DNA of 64,000 nucleotides from Eledone cirrhosa (GCA_964016885.1 OZ024766.1:14756001-14820000), one strand, 5' to 3'. Shown: positions 1 through 12,244, counted from the first letter of the stretch. Numbers and translations are program-made. The notes: generated from the sequence alone by a model not told the origin.

Positions 1-610
1 TGAAGTCTCCTCCTTCTTTGAAAGTTACATACTGTTTCGCTTCCTTCATCTTTTCTCTCAGAGTTGTAATGTCCAGTTGCTTGCAGGTTTGTGTTTTCCG
101 GACTGCCTGTGCAAAGGAGGCACCAGTAGTGGGTTCACTTTGTTTGGTGTTATCGTTATTTTTTCCTTGGTTGGTGTTGTGACTATTGCTGTTATTGTCG
201 TTGTTGTTTTTGTCTCCGTTTATGTGACTTTCTGGGTTTTCACCCATTTTTACAAATTTTTCTTTTAATTCCGTGTTCCATGTTTCTTTTGCAGAAGTGA
301 GGAGGGAAGACTTAGAGCCTTGTGATTCTAGCTTCTCTGTATCACCTTTCTTAGGGGGCGTGGCTTTCACGTTAGGATGAGATGTGAAAATTCCGTCCAT
401 TTCTATTAGTTTGCCGTAATAAATTTTTAACTGGAAAATTCGCCCCAAAAAGAGGCGAAAATAAATAAACTCAAAGTTTGACGACCAAGGCAAGGTGTTA
501 ACGTATATTACAGTATAAAAAAATTAATCAAAACTCACTTTTGAGTAAGTAAATCCGACTCGGTAGCCGAGCTTGTTCAGACACGTCAACACACGTCTCT
601 TGTATACGAG
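1..610 (-). mobile_element. 5' end (5'UTR plus start of ORF1) of an L1/Tx1-like non-LTR retrotransposon, running off the window edge
   Basis: ATG at 400 opens a stop-free frame to position 1 (MDGIFTSHPNVKATPPKK...GASFAQAVRKTQ...). The SFAQAV motif resembles LINE ORF1 N-termini. The 5' end reads CTCGTATACAAGAGACGTGTGTTGACGTG (AGACGTG, internal-promoter-like) and directly abuts the 72-bp satellite. Confidence 0.55.
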
Positions 611-1908
611 ATGTTATGTGAGATATTATGTGAGGTAAAGCCTTTACCACAAAAATACAATAGTATATATAGAGTAATGTAAATGTTATGTGAGAGATAT
701 TGTGAGGTAAAGCCTTTACTGTGAAAATACAATAGTATATATAGAGTAATGTAAATGTTATGTGAGGTATTATGTGAGGTAAAGCCTTTACTGTGAAAAT
801 ACCATAGTATATATAGAGTAATCTAAATGTTATGTGAGATATTATGTGAGGTAAAGCCTTTACCACAAAAATACAATAGTATATATAGAGTAATGTAAAT
901 GTTATGTGAGGTATTATGTGAGGTAAAGCCTTTACCACAAAAATACAATAGTATATATAGAGTAATGTAAATGTTATGTGAGAGATATTGTGAGGTAAAG
1001 CCTTTACTGTGAAAATACAATAGTATATATAGAGTAATGTAATTGTTATGTGAGGTATTATGTGAGGTAAAGCCTTTACCACAAAAATACAATAGTATAT
1101 ATAGAGTAATGTAAATGTTATGTGAGGTATTATGTGAAGTAAAGCCTTTACTGTGAAAATACAATAGTATATATAGAGTAATGTAAATGTTATGTGAGAT
1201 ATTATGTGAGGTAAAGCCTTTACCACAAAAATACAATAGTATATATAGAGTAATGTAAATGTTATGTGAGGTATTATGTGAGGTAAAGCCTTTACCACAA
1301 AAATACACTAGTATATATAGAGTAATGTAAATGTTATGTGAGATATTATGAGGTAAAGCCTTTACTGTGAAAATACAATAGTATATATAGAGTAATGTAA
1401 ATGTTATGTGAGGTATTATGTGAGGTAAAGCCTTTACTGTGACAATACAATAGTATATATAGAGTAATGTAAATGTTATGTGAGGTATTATGTGAGGTAA
1501 AGCCTCTACTGTGACAATACAATAGTATATATAGAGTAATGTAAATGTTATGTGAGGTATTATGTGAGGTAAAGCCTTTACTGTGAAAATACAATAGTAT
1601 ATATAGAGTAATGTAAAAGCTATGTGAGGTATTATGTGAAGTAAAGCCTTTACTGTGACAATACAATAGTATATATAGAGTAATGTAAAAGCTATGTGAG
1701 GTATTATGTGAGGTAAAGCCTTTACTGTGAAAATACAATAGTATATATAGAGTAATGTAAATGTTATGCGAGGTATTATGTGAGGTAAAGCCTTTACTGT
1801 GACAATACAATAGTATATATAGAGTAATGTAAATGTTATGTGAGGTATTATGTGAGGTAAAGCCTTTACTGTGACAATACAATAGTATATATAGAGTAAT
1901 GTAAATGC
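611..1908. repeat. 72-bp minisatellite, about 18 copies, ending in a piggyBac-like MITE terminus
   Basis: Unit ATGTTATGTGAGGTATTATGTGAGGTAAAGCCTTTACTGTGAAAATACAATAGTATATATAGAGTAATGTAA; period 72 (661 to 733). Array ends in TAAATGCTAAAGAGTTAA, matching the MITE right end at 2405-2423. Confidence 0.95.
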
Positions 1909-1999
1909 TAAAGAGTTAAAACATAACTTAACAAATGTTCTTACATAAAGTTAGGATAGAAGGTTTTAAGATAGTTATAAACATTTTATCATAAACTAA

Positions 2000-2535
2000 G
2001 ATGCGTGGCTCTGTGTTTAGAGTATTCGCCTCACAATCGTAAGGTCATGAGTTTGTTTACCAGCGGAGTGTTGTGTCCTTGAGCAAGACACTTTATTTCA
2101 TATTGTTCCAGCTGGCAAAAATGAGTTGTACCTGTAATTCAAAGGGTCAGCCTTGTCACACTCTGTGTCATGCTGAATCTCCCTGAGAGCTATGTTAACC
2201 CTTTAGCATTTAAACTGGCCATATCAGGCCAGAATTCTCTCACATCTTTCTGTTCAAACCAGCCATAACTGGCTGCTCATACTTATGTGAAGGTATTGTT
2301 CTCAAAATATATAATATCAAAATCTCATAGATTTGATATTATGTGAGATAATTATGTAAGATAAAGTCTTTACCACAAAAATGTAATATTAGATATGGAG
2401 TAATGTAAATGCTAAAGGGTTAAGGGTATGCATGTCTGTGGAATACTCAGCCACTTGCACGTTAATTTCATGAGCAGGCTGTTCCAGTAATAGTGTCAAC
2501 TGGAACACTCATTGTTGTAACCGACAGTGCCAGTT
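2000..2535 (+). mobile_element. tRNA-derived SINE interrupted by a TTAA MITE
   Basis: tRNA-like head, then the TGTGTCCTTGAGCAAGACACTTTATTTCA body shared with copies at 4343, 17405, 31905 and 52450. The body resumes after 2423. Confidence 0.75.
2199..2419 (+). mobile_element. piggyBac-like MITE (221 bp)
   Basis: TTAA|CCCTTTAGCATTTA ... TAAATGCTAAAGGG|TTAA: 14-bp TIRs with TTAA target duplication. Confidence 0.9.
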
Positions 2536-2656
2536 CAAGTTCAAGGGGTAGAGTTGATTCAGACAGTTTGGTATCCAAACAGTTAAACAATTAGGAACAT
2601 GTGTGTTTCATGCCATTTATAAATAAATGTCTTTAGTAAATGGTGACATTCTAGAA

Positions 2657-3835
2657 CAGAGGTTCTCAAACTTTTTGGGGCATTCGCCCCCCACACGGCC
2701 TTGTAATACCCTCTAAAACACCACACCTATTTCCAGAGAGACCTACCTACAAGCAAATTGTAAATAATATTAAAAAAAGGAACGATGGACTTTCGTCAAA
2801 TCGGACCGAGGAAACAATGTTTCCGTTGGTCTTTCCAATTGCTAATACTATCTATCGGTCGCAACTCCAGGTAGAAGGAGCAACGTGAAATAAAGTAAAT
2901 AATATATAATACATAAAATGGTTGATATATAATAAATAATTCTTTCTACTTTTGGCACAAGGCCAGCAATTACTCCAGTGTATTACTGGTACTGTATTTT
3001 ATCGACCCAGTAAAGGTGAAAGGCAAAATTAACCTAGGAGGGATTTAAAGTCAGATAATAAAGGGCCGTAACTCTATGCTGCAAAGCATGGTGTCCTACC
3101 TTCTATAATATATCGACAGTCGATCAACTTCCATCAAATTGGACCACGGAATCAATGCTTCCATTGGTCTTTCCAATTGCTAATACTATCTATCAGTTGC
3201 AACTCCAGGTAGAAAGAACAACCTCACAACCTCACGATTGCAAATCCGATTCTCTAATCACTCAGCCTTCACTATCATCATCATTATCATCATTTTACAT
3301 CCGCTTTTCCCTGCTTGTAAGGGTGGGACAGGTCTTATTAAACACAGCATCTCTCCATTTGTCACAGTTCCTTGTCATCTCCTCCATGAGCTTCAGTGAT
3401 CTGAGGTCTGCTCTCACCACCTCTGCCCATGTTTTTCATGATCTTCCTCTACTGTGTCTTCCTTCTACTGTGATTTCTTGGCAGTTCTTTACCCAGCTGT
3501 CATCCACCATGCGCATCACATGTCCATACCAACACAGTCTTCTCTCTCACACACTACAACTTATCCCTCTTATACACAGTTTCTCTCTCAACTCGTCTAT
3601 ACTTTGTCGTTCACACACATTGACATCACACATGCAACAGCATATACTTGCTTCATTTCTATCCACTATATAATATATAATATGTATCAATAAATATCAT
3701 ATAATTTTTTATTTTACTATATTTATATATAAAATTTATCATTCGATATTTGATATACTATTATATCCTCTCCACCCCCATCCTTAAGCCCCAGCACCCC
3801 TCTTGGGGCAGTAGCACCCACTTTGAGAACCTCTG
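2657..3835. mobile_element. hAT (Charlie-type) non-autonomous element with nested SINE and RTE 3' fragments
   Basis: TIRs CAGAGGTTCTCAAA / TTTGAGAACCTCTG; 8-bp TSD TTCTAGAA / TTCTAGAG (NTCTAGAN). Nested Nin-type SINE ~2935-3125(-) and RTE 3' end ~3272-3670(-). Confidence 0.85.
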
Positions 3836-3914
3836 TTCTAGAGGGAAGTGAAATTGTAAAGTGTAACAGGCAAGAAGACAAAATCTTTCCAAGCAAACAA
3901 AAAAACCAACTTAC

Positions 3915-4172
3915 TATCAATATAGTTATAATATATCCTTAGTTGGGAAATATCGTATGTTTGTCTGAGTTCAAGAGTCCACAATGATGTTGGAGAGCTC
4001 ATTGTATGAGAACAAGATCTGTGTTGTGGGTTTTGATCAAAGTTACCATCTACAGCCAGGTTAGCTGACATTGAGTACATTTCATTGCGACAAACATTGT
4101 TTTTCATTAGAATTACACTGCTTGTTTTGTCTGTCGTGGTTTGTGTAGCTACTTTACCAATAGCTATATTTC
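3915..4172 (-). CDS. Host gene internal exon: N-terminal half of an F-type lectin (fucolectin / F5/8 type C-like) domain
   Basis: Acceptor tttgtcAG, donor GTAAGT, 258 bp, phase 1-1. Translation NIAIGKVATQ...ANLAVDGNFDQNPQHRSCSHT...LWTLELRQTYDISQLRIYYNYID matches F-type lectin motifs (N.A.GK.A.Q, A..AVDG, SC.HT, W..DL). Confidence 0.85.
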
Positions 4173-4342
4173 CTGACAAAGAATGAAAGAAAATTTAATG
4201 AAAGTCAATTACTATGAAATGAAATGGATCTCAGTCAGTTGAAACGATGATTGATCCAGTGGGAAAAGACAAATTGTTTTCTATATACTAAACTTTTGAA
4301 ATATCTTTTACGTTATCTCTAAATTATTCCATATTTCCAGTA

Positions 4343-4740
4343 GAGGCATGTGGCCTAGTGTTAAGTGTGTTGGACTTACAATCATAATGTCATGGGTTCG
4401 ATTTCTGGGGTGGGTTGTGTGTTGTGTTCTTGAGCAAAACACTTCATTTCACGTTGCTCCAGTATACTCTGCTGAAAATGAGCACCAGCAATAGCTGTGG
4501 AGGGTGTAACCCTGCAATGGACTGATGTCCTGTCCAGGAGGAAGTCTTGTACTCACAGTTGCTTTATGCCATGAAAGCAGGATAAGCATTGGCCTAATGA
4601 GCCTTCAGGCTTGAGACAGTATAGTCCTATACGAACGAGACACGGTCACCCGACCAATCTTGCCTCAATTGGGACAACTCCCGACTAACCCATGCTAGCA
4701 TGGAAGATAGACGTAAACGATGATGATGATGATGATGATA
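4343..4740 (+). mobile_element. tRNA-derived SINE followed by an RTE-type 3' tail
   Basis: A-box-like TGGCCTAGTG and B-box-like GGTTCGATT; ends GACGTAAAC(GAT)n. Confidence 0.75.
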
Positions 4741-4803
4741 TAGCAACCTCAGCCTCAACAGCGACAGCAACAACAACGGCATGATAATTAGAAATCTACT
4801 TAC

Positions 4804-4947
4804 TATAGGTTTTTACTTGGCAATCCGGTCCGGTCCATCCTTCTTCACAACCATATGGGCAAGCCCCAGTTTGTTGATGGCAGTCAGCATCGTTTAAACA
4901 ATGGCATTGCTTGTTACAAGTATATCCATACCATTGAGATGCACAAC
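4804..4947 (-). CDS. Host gene internal exon: MEGF/laminin-type EGF-like repeat
   Basis: Acceptor aacatAG, donor GTAAGT, 144 bp, phase 1-1. Translation GCASQWYGYTCNKQCHCLNDADCHQQTGACPYGCEEGWTGPDCQVKTY. Not in the ORF track; splices in frame to the 3915-4172 exon. Confidence 0.9.
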
Positions 4948-5016
4948 CTATGTTAAAAGTTAGAATTTATCACACTGATGGACTACATTTCCACAGTTCT
5001 CTCTCATCTACAGTTA

Positions 5017-5908
5017 ATTGTTTCTACTATTTGGCACAAGGTACCAGTAATACACAGGGGTAATTGCTGAATTACCTCAGTGCATTACTGGTACTTTATT
5101 TTATTGACCCCCCCATAAGAATGAAAGGCAAACCTTGGCGGGTTTGAAATCAGAACGTAAAGGGCCATAACTCTAAGCTGCAAAGCATGGTGTCTGACAC
5201 TCTACGGATTACTGCCAATCCAATAATAATAATTGTTTCTACTTTTGGCACAAGGCCAGCCAGCAATTACCCCCAGTGCATTACTGGTACTTTATTTTAT
5301 CGACCTCCGTAAGAATGAAAGGAAAAGCTAACTTCAGCAGGATTTGAACTCAGAACGTAAAGGGCCATAATTCTATGCTGCAAAACATGGTGTCTGATGC
5401 TCTACGGATTACTGCCAGTCCAATCCAGCAATTACCCCCAGTGCATTACTGGTACTTTATTTTATCGACCCCTGTAAGGATGAAAGGCAAAGTTAACCTC
5501 GGCGGGATTTGAACTCAGAACATAAAGGGCCGTAAACATGATGTCTGACACTCTACCGATTACTGCCAGTCTCACATAATTATCTCACCTAATATTATGG
5601 TCTGAGTTCAAATCCCGTCGAGGATAACTTTGCCATTCATCCTTACGGGGGTCGATAAAATAAAGTACCAGTAATACACTGGGGTAATTGCTGGCCTTGT
5701 GCCCCCAAAAGTAGAAACATAATATTGAATATATTAGATTTTGATATTATCTATTTTGAGAACATTATCTTAACATTAATAAGGGCGGTGGGTTGGCAGT
5801 ATCGGTGGAGGGTCGGACGCCATGCTTTTCAGCATAGAGTTACGGCCCTTTACGATCTGAGTAATGCACTGGGTAATTGCTGGCCTTGTGCCTAAAGTAG
5901 AAATAATT
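5017..5908. mobile_element. Cluster of Nin-domain-type SINEs: three tandem minus copies (~5017-5570) and two plus copies (~5600-5720, ~5783-5908), the plus copies nested in a reverse-oriented TTAA MITE ending at ~6005
   Basis: Shared core CTTTCATCCTTACGGGGGTCGATAAAATAAAGTACCAG and B box GAGTTCAAATCC. The last copy has an ~18-bp TSD ATTATCTTAACAT(T/G)AATA. MITE end TAAATGCTAAAGGGTTAA at ~5991-6008. Confidence 0.8.
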
Positions 5909-6230
5909 ATCTTAACATGAATATGAACGGCTGGTTACAGCCAGTTTGAACAGAAAGAGGTGAGAGAATTCTGGCCAGATACAGTCGCTTTAAATGCTAA
6001 AGGGTTAACAGTCACAGTTTGTAGAGATTAACAACTAAAGTTTGAATGAATAAAGATCAACAGACCTGATAATGATAATGTTTCGATACAGGTACCCTCT
6101 CCTTTTATAGAAATATACCAAGCGTTTACATCCCCTGAACAGCTCAAAGGTCTGGTTGTACATATTGATGTACAAAAGGGTTCCTTATTTTTGCCAAAAA
6201 ATACCGAAACTTTCTCTGAAATGAGAAGTG

Positions 6231-6277
<47 letters not shown>

Positions 6278-6278
<1 letters not shown>

Positions 6279-8528
6279 CGGAGGAAATGTGGTAAGGAAC
6301 CAGGTGGACCATAACGCACCAAAGTACTCAATACTTAGAGTAGTAGAGTGGGTAATAGGAACGAGTAGGACCCCGACGGCTGAGCTCAAGCCGTTTCGAC
6401 GGCTAATTCTGGACTAAATGAACATTTTTATCCTGGTATTTGAATAGCCGAGCTTCTAAAGGGGTAATTCCATATATGGTAAAAGTGATTGTCACGAGGA
6501 TTGGTTAAAAGTTTGTTGTTGAGACATAATAATTCTATGATGTCAATTTGTGGAGAGAAGGGGTAGCTGAACCTGCCAGTAGGAGAAAGAGGGAGAGGGG
6601 GTGGAGGAGACCCAGTCATGCGTTGATAGTGCCGACTACAGCTGGGCATGAGGTCAAAGAGGATACTAGGGAGGGGGAGGGGGAGGAAGTCGAAACAATT
6701 AGTAAAACAATTAGTAAAACAATATGGGGTAAATATATAGAAAAATACCGAGAGTGTTAAAAAGCAATTAAATGTAAAAAAAAAAAAAATAAACAATTTC
6801 TGGTTACTACGACCTAAGTCTCTCACTGGCACTGCTAGGCTAAAGAAAGGTTTACTAGGTGGGACGGAATTATAATGAGACCCTTTTAAGAGGTATAAGT
6901 AATAAACCAAGTATATCTTACGGTGACGGGTCAACAAGTGAGGGGCCAAAATACTAAAGAAACTACCACGAAATAATAAATAAAGGTTTCTACCCCAGGC
7001 ACAAGGCCAGCAACCACCCAGTGCAAAAAGTAAACTAATACGAAATAATAATTCAGAGTCCCGAAAAAGAATACTAATACTATCTCTAAGGGTGCCGCCA
7101 CGATACAAAAGTTCTAGTGCAAACTACATAAAAGCTCGTACGAAGTAAAATTTGATACGGAAAATTAGTTCAGAATCCCCCCCCCCCCCCCCCCAAAAAA
7201 AAAATACTGATATATGAGAAATTAAAGCAAAGATACCACTAAGAAATATAGAAAGCACGGAAAAGGGGCAGCGGTCGGATAAGGAGGCAAGTATCCGGGG
7301 TCTAACACATCTGCTATAAAAAGCGGAGTCGGCCAAATCTATCATAGAATAGGGGAAGGGGGTGGGGGTAGTGAAACTACAAAGGACCGAGGGGCTGCCT
7401 CGGGTGGGCGAGAAAATGAAAAGGACTAGGGAGGGATGGGGGGAAGAAGGAAATATAGAGGAAGCGATAAAAAGATATAAAAGATCTTACGTCTACCTTT
7501 GCAAGCAGGGTTTACCCATTACAAAATCGGCAAGTGGGGTGTTATAGCCCTAGTCTAACCCCCCCCCCCCCCGGGTCATTATGGAGTTTGAACACGAGGT
7601 AAGTCCTACGCAATCTATGTTTACATGCAGTAACCAGTTCATCTTTCATTTGTAAAGTTTCCTCCGAGCATAAATTGCACGGACGGCGTCCTCCCGTGTA
7701 AGAGTTGGCTCTGGACAGTAGGCTCCAAGTGAGATCATAGGTAATGTTGTTATCCTTGAGGTCCCATATGTGGCCCGAAAGTGTAGTGGCGTGATGCCGG
7801 GCCGGGTTTCGGAAGGTATTCCTGTGTTGGTATAGCCGGGTCTTGAAGTCACATGCGGTTAATCCTATATAAGCTTTGTTGGAGGTGTCCGTCCTCACGT
7901 TGCACTGGTAGATCACATTACGATCTCTGCATCTGTTGTCGAGGGGGAAAATGGATCCATCAGGACAGTTGCACCTCCTGGTCGGCTCTCCACTGCTATT
8001 TAGGTTATTTCTTCCATAGGGGTTGAGTTTTTTGTTGTTAGAGGAGACGATATTTTGTGCAAAGTTTGGTGTGGTGCTGTAAGAGAGTTTGATGGTATTT
8101 TTGTTAATTATGTTGTGGTAGCGGTGTTGTAGTGGGAAGTGTTTTTCAATGAGCCTAAAGAAGATTTTCCCGATAGGAGTTGTCACCTCGGCGTTGTGGG
8201 GAGGATTGAACTGGTTACTGCATGTAAACACAGATTGCGTAGGACTTACCTCGCCCTAAAACCCCATAATGACCCGTGGGGTAGACTAGGGCTATAACAC
8301 CCCGCTTGCCGATTTTGTAATGGGTAACCCCTGCTTGCAAAGGTAGACGTAAGATCTTTTATATCTTTTTATCGCTTCCTCTATATTTCCTTCTTCTCCC
8401 CATCCCTCCCTAGTCCTTCCACCCCAGTCCTCTTTCTTTGTCGTCGTCCTTTTCATTTTCTCGCCCACCCGAGGCAGCCCCTCGGTCCTTTGTAGCTTCA
8501 GTAGCCCCACCCCCTTCCCCTATTCTAT
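6278..8528 (-). mobile_element. 5'-truncated Penelope-like element (GIY-YIG endonuclease end, Naiad-like) with an inverted pseudo-LTR
   Basis: ORF 7542-8231(-): FNPP...KHFP..H...SYS...CNC...VIYQCNV...YIGLT..FKTR..H...LSGHIW...CNLC.EE...CKH. Segment 8207-8528 is the reverse complement of ~7345-7641. Bounded by (TA)n on both sides. Confidence 0.85.
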
Positions 8529-8544
8529 ATATATATATATATAT

Positions 8545-8690
8545 GTGTGGAAAAAATGAAACAAAATTTCATTTCTCACTCTTAGTGCGGCTGTTACTTA
8601 AATATAAAGTATGTATACATACATACATATATGTATACAGACGTACAGTAGTATATATACATGCACACATATATATATGTACGTATGGCA
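8545..8690. repeat. Fragment of the hammerhead-bearing 442-bp repeat family
   Basis: ATGAAACAAAATTTCATTTCTCACTCTTAGT...ATACAGACGTACAGTAGTAT matches ~45930-46070. Confidence 0.8.
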
Positions 8691-8692
8691 CT

Positions 8693-11600
8693 CAATGACA
8701 ATGTCACAGATTAAGACAAATTCACCTCCTGCTGCAAGACGAGAATACAAGGACCCCTCTTTATTTCAGACACAGATGACCAACAAAATCCCGTCTCCCA
8801 CACCCCTCCCTGCCCCTCCAACCCATCCATCCCACCCTCCCAACTTCAGAGTTGGTACCATGAACGTAGGCACATTGAAAGGTCGCTCAAATGAGGTTGT
8901 AGAGATGCTTGAACGTAAAGAAGTTGATGTTTGTTGTATTCAAGAGACTAGGTGGAGAGGGGGATCTGCCAGATTCATCGTGGGTAAAAAACGATGCTAT
9001 AAACTTTTCTGGGTGGGAAATGACAACGGACAGGGTAGTGTAGGAATTATGTTAGCTGAAAAATGGGTAGATAAGGTAATTGACGTAAATATAGTGAATG
9101 ACAGAATAATTGAATTAAGACTACTTCTAAATAGAATTACTGTGACAATAATATCCGCTTATGCACCCCAATCTGGTCTCCCTGATGTTATAAAGGACAG
9201 GTTCTATGAGATGCTAATGCACACTACCTCCCAAATAACCGACAGCGACTACTTAATTATTGCTAGCGATCTAAACAGTCACGTTGGACAACATAGTGAT
9301 GGCTATGATGGAATTCATGGAGGCTATGGGGTTGGAAATAGAAATGAGGAGGGTTTCAGAATCCTAGAATTCTGTGATGCAAATAGCCTAACTATATGTA
9401 ACACAAACTTAAAAAAACGTGAAAACCACTTGATCACCTATAGATCAGGGGAACACGCCAGCCAGATAGATTATATCCTTACTAGAAGACGGGACAAAAT
9501 GTCTGTTGTAAACTCTAAATCCCTCCCCCGTGAAGAATGCCCCTCCCAACATCGCCTAGTAGTTAGTGACCTCATAGTCAGGAATAGACGTACTCGACGA
9601 CAGAGGAGGCCTACCTTGAGGAGAAGAATATGGAAGTTGAAGAACCCCATAGCCAGTGACAAATTTAAAAGCTTATTATTTGTTGCCTTTGACAATAAGG
9701 AAGAGCAATTAGAGACGTGCAATAGAGAGGAACAGTGGCAATCCTTGAAAGTGAACCTGCTGAAAGCAACGGATGAAATCTGTGGCTGGAGCAGACCTAT
9801 TGGCAGGAGGAGAGTAACTTGGTGGTGGAACAGTGAGGTGGAAGAGACAATCAAGGGCAAAAAGCAGGCTTGGAAAGAATGGCAGGATGGGGGGAGTAGA
9901 GAGCACTATCAAGTGGCCAGGAGAGAAGCTAGGAGACAAGTGTACCTTGCAAAAAGGGTAGCAGAGGATAGAAAGTTCAAGCATGTTCTGCAACGTGAGG
10001 ACCAAAAACGTGAGGTGTTCAGGATTGCTAGACAATGTGTCAAGGAAAACCGTGATATTGTCGGGGAGAAGTGTGTCCATAATGATAATGGTGTACTTGC
10101 GCTCACTGATACTGATAAGCCTGGAAGTGTCACTACGAGAGACTATTAAATGAGGAGAATAAGTGGGAAAAAGATAGTCTGCCCCAAATCGATCCAATAG
10201 AAGGACCAGCGGTGCAAGGTAAAGGTAGTATAATAAGTAAGGCAATCAAAGATATGAAGACAGGCAAGGCAACTGGCCCTTCGGAGGTAGTTGCTGAGAT
10301 GTTGAAGGCATCTGGTATGGCGGGACACACTATGGTCACACGTATAGTTAACCAAGTAATACAGAATGGAGTCATACCGAAAGACTGGCGTAGCAGCATC
10401 ATCATTAACTGCTACAAGGGTAAAGGGGATGCTCTAGATAGGGGAAACTATAGAGGCATTAAGTTAGTTGACCAGGTCATGAAGGTCACAGAAAGAGTAA
10501 TAGCGCAACTAATCAGAGAGCGAATTGATCTAGATGAAATGCAGTTTGGGTTTGTGTCAGGTAAAAGTACCACAGACGCTCTTTTCCTTGTACAACTACA
10601 AGAGAAGTACCTAGCTAAAAGTAAACCCCTCTACTTAGCTTTTGTAGACTTGGAGAAAGCTTTTAACAGAGTCCCCCGCTCCATTATCTGGTGGGCTCTT
10701 AGAAAACTAGATGTAGATGAATGGCTGGTGAGAGCTATACAAGCTATGTATAATGAAACAGTCAGTAAGGTTAGAATTAACAATGAATATTGTGAAGAAT
10801 TTAGTGTAAAAGTTGGCGTTCATCAAGGCTCTGTCCTTAGCCCCCTATTATTTATTATTGCCCTTCAGGCTATAACAGAGGAGTTCAAGACCAGCTGCCC
10901 ATGGGAACTCCTATACGCAGATGATCTAACGCTCATAGTTGAATCAATGGCTGAACTAGAGAAGAAATTCGAAACATGGAAGCATGGCCTAGAATCAAAA
11001 GGCCTTAAAGTTAACTTGTCTAAGACTAAAGTTCTAGTTTGTAGAAAGGAAAATAGGGCACAGGTGCCCTCAAGGAAATGGCCATGCTCAGTGTGTAGGA
11101 AAGGAGTAGGCAGAAATTCCATTTTATGTCCCAAATGCAAAGTATGAGTACATAAAAGATGTAGTGGGATCACAGGTAAACTATCTAAGAACGTAGACTT
11201 TATATGTGGCCAATGCTCAGGTGCAATAAGTAGCAAGTGTCCAAAGGATACTAGCTCCTTCCATTGCCCAGATGGTTCTATAGAAATAGCAGACACTTTC
11301 CGTTACCTGGGTGACGAAATCAACAGTGGTGGAGGGTGTTCTGAAAGTACAGTAGCCAGAGTCAGAACGGGATGGAAAAAGTTCAGAGCGCTTATACTGC
11401 TGTTGGCCACAAAAGGTTTCTCTCTAAAAATGAAAGGCAGATTGTATGATGCCTGTATACGAACAGCAATGTTACATGGCAGTGAGGCATGGGCATTACC
11501 TGCAGAGGACCTGTGTAGGCTGGAAAGGAACGAAGCATGCATGCTCCGTTGGATGTGTAATAGTAATATACGTGAACGGCAAAGCATAAATGAACTAAGT

Positions 11601-12236
11601 TAGAAATTAGGAATAAGAGGGATCAGATGCTGTTTACTTGAGAGAAGACTACATTGGTATGGCCATGTGATGCGCATTAAAGACGACAGTTGTATAAAAA
11701 AGTGCAGGGCGATCAAAATTGATGGTAGTTACGGAGTAGGTAGACCCAGAAAAACCTGGGATGATCTGATAAATTCTGACCTCACACACTTACATCTCTC
11801 TAAGACAATGTCTCTGGACCGAGATCTTTGGTGCTATGCAGTAATACAGAAGACCCGCCTTGCCTATGTACAAAGTGAAACCTACAGTCAGTAGGCACCT
11901 CTTAACCAAATATACACCCCAATAAACTACCCCTACCTTATCCTCCCACTCCCACCAACAGCATGAGAAAATGAAATCGAGTTCGTGTAGGTGTCACGGA
12001 AAAAAAACACACACACAGTCCACGCTGTAATGTGGTCGTGTAGGTAACATGGTAAAAAGTTCCCAGTTCCACACTGTAAATGTGGTTGGTGTTAGGAAGG
12101 GCATCCAGCCGTAGAAAACCTGCCAGATAGTTCTATATGAGTGAGACACGGTCACCCGACCAGCCTTGCCTCAACTCCCGTCTAACCCATGTTAGCGTGG
12201 GAAATGGACGTTAAACGAAGATGATGATGATGATGA
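8693..12236 (+). mobile_element. Near full-length RTE-clade LINE (APE, RT, PHD-like finger), frameshifted
   Basis: APE motifs GTMNVGTL, IQETRW, SAYAPQ, IDYIL, SQHRLV. RT motifs NYRGIKL, QFGF, DLEKAF, GVHQGSVLSP, YADD. C-terminal WYGHVMR / GRPRKTW and (GAT)n tail. Frame breaks near 10120, 10590, 11147 and 11603. Confidence 0.95.
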
Positions 12237-12244
12237 TATATATA

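Noticed and set aside
528-1882. Long repetitive ORFs (256, 161 and 178 aa) resembling a membrane repeat protein
   Set aside because: By-product of a 72-bp (multiple of 3) MITE-derived satellite; open in several frames, with no splice or domain support.
6428-7108. 226-aa ORF in the Penelope-like element
   Set aside because: Low-complexity F/L/P-rich translation with no recognisable motif.
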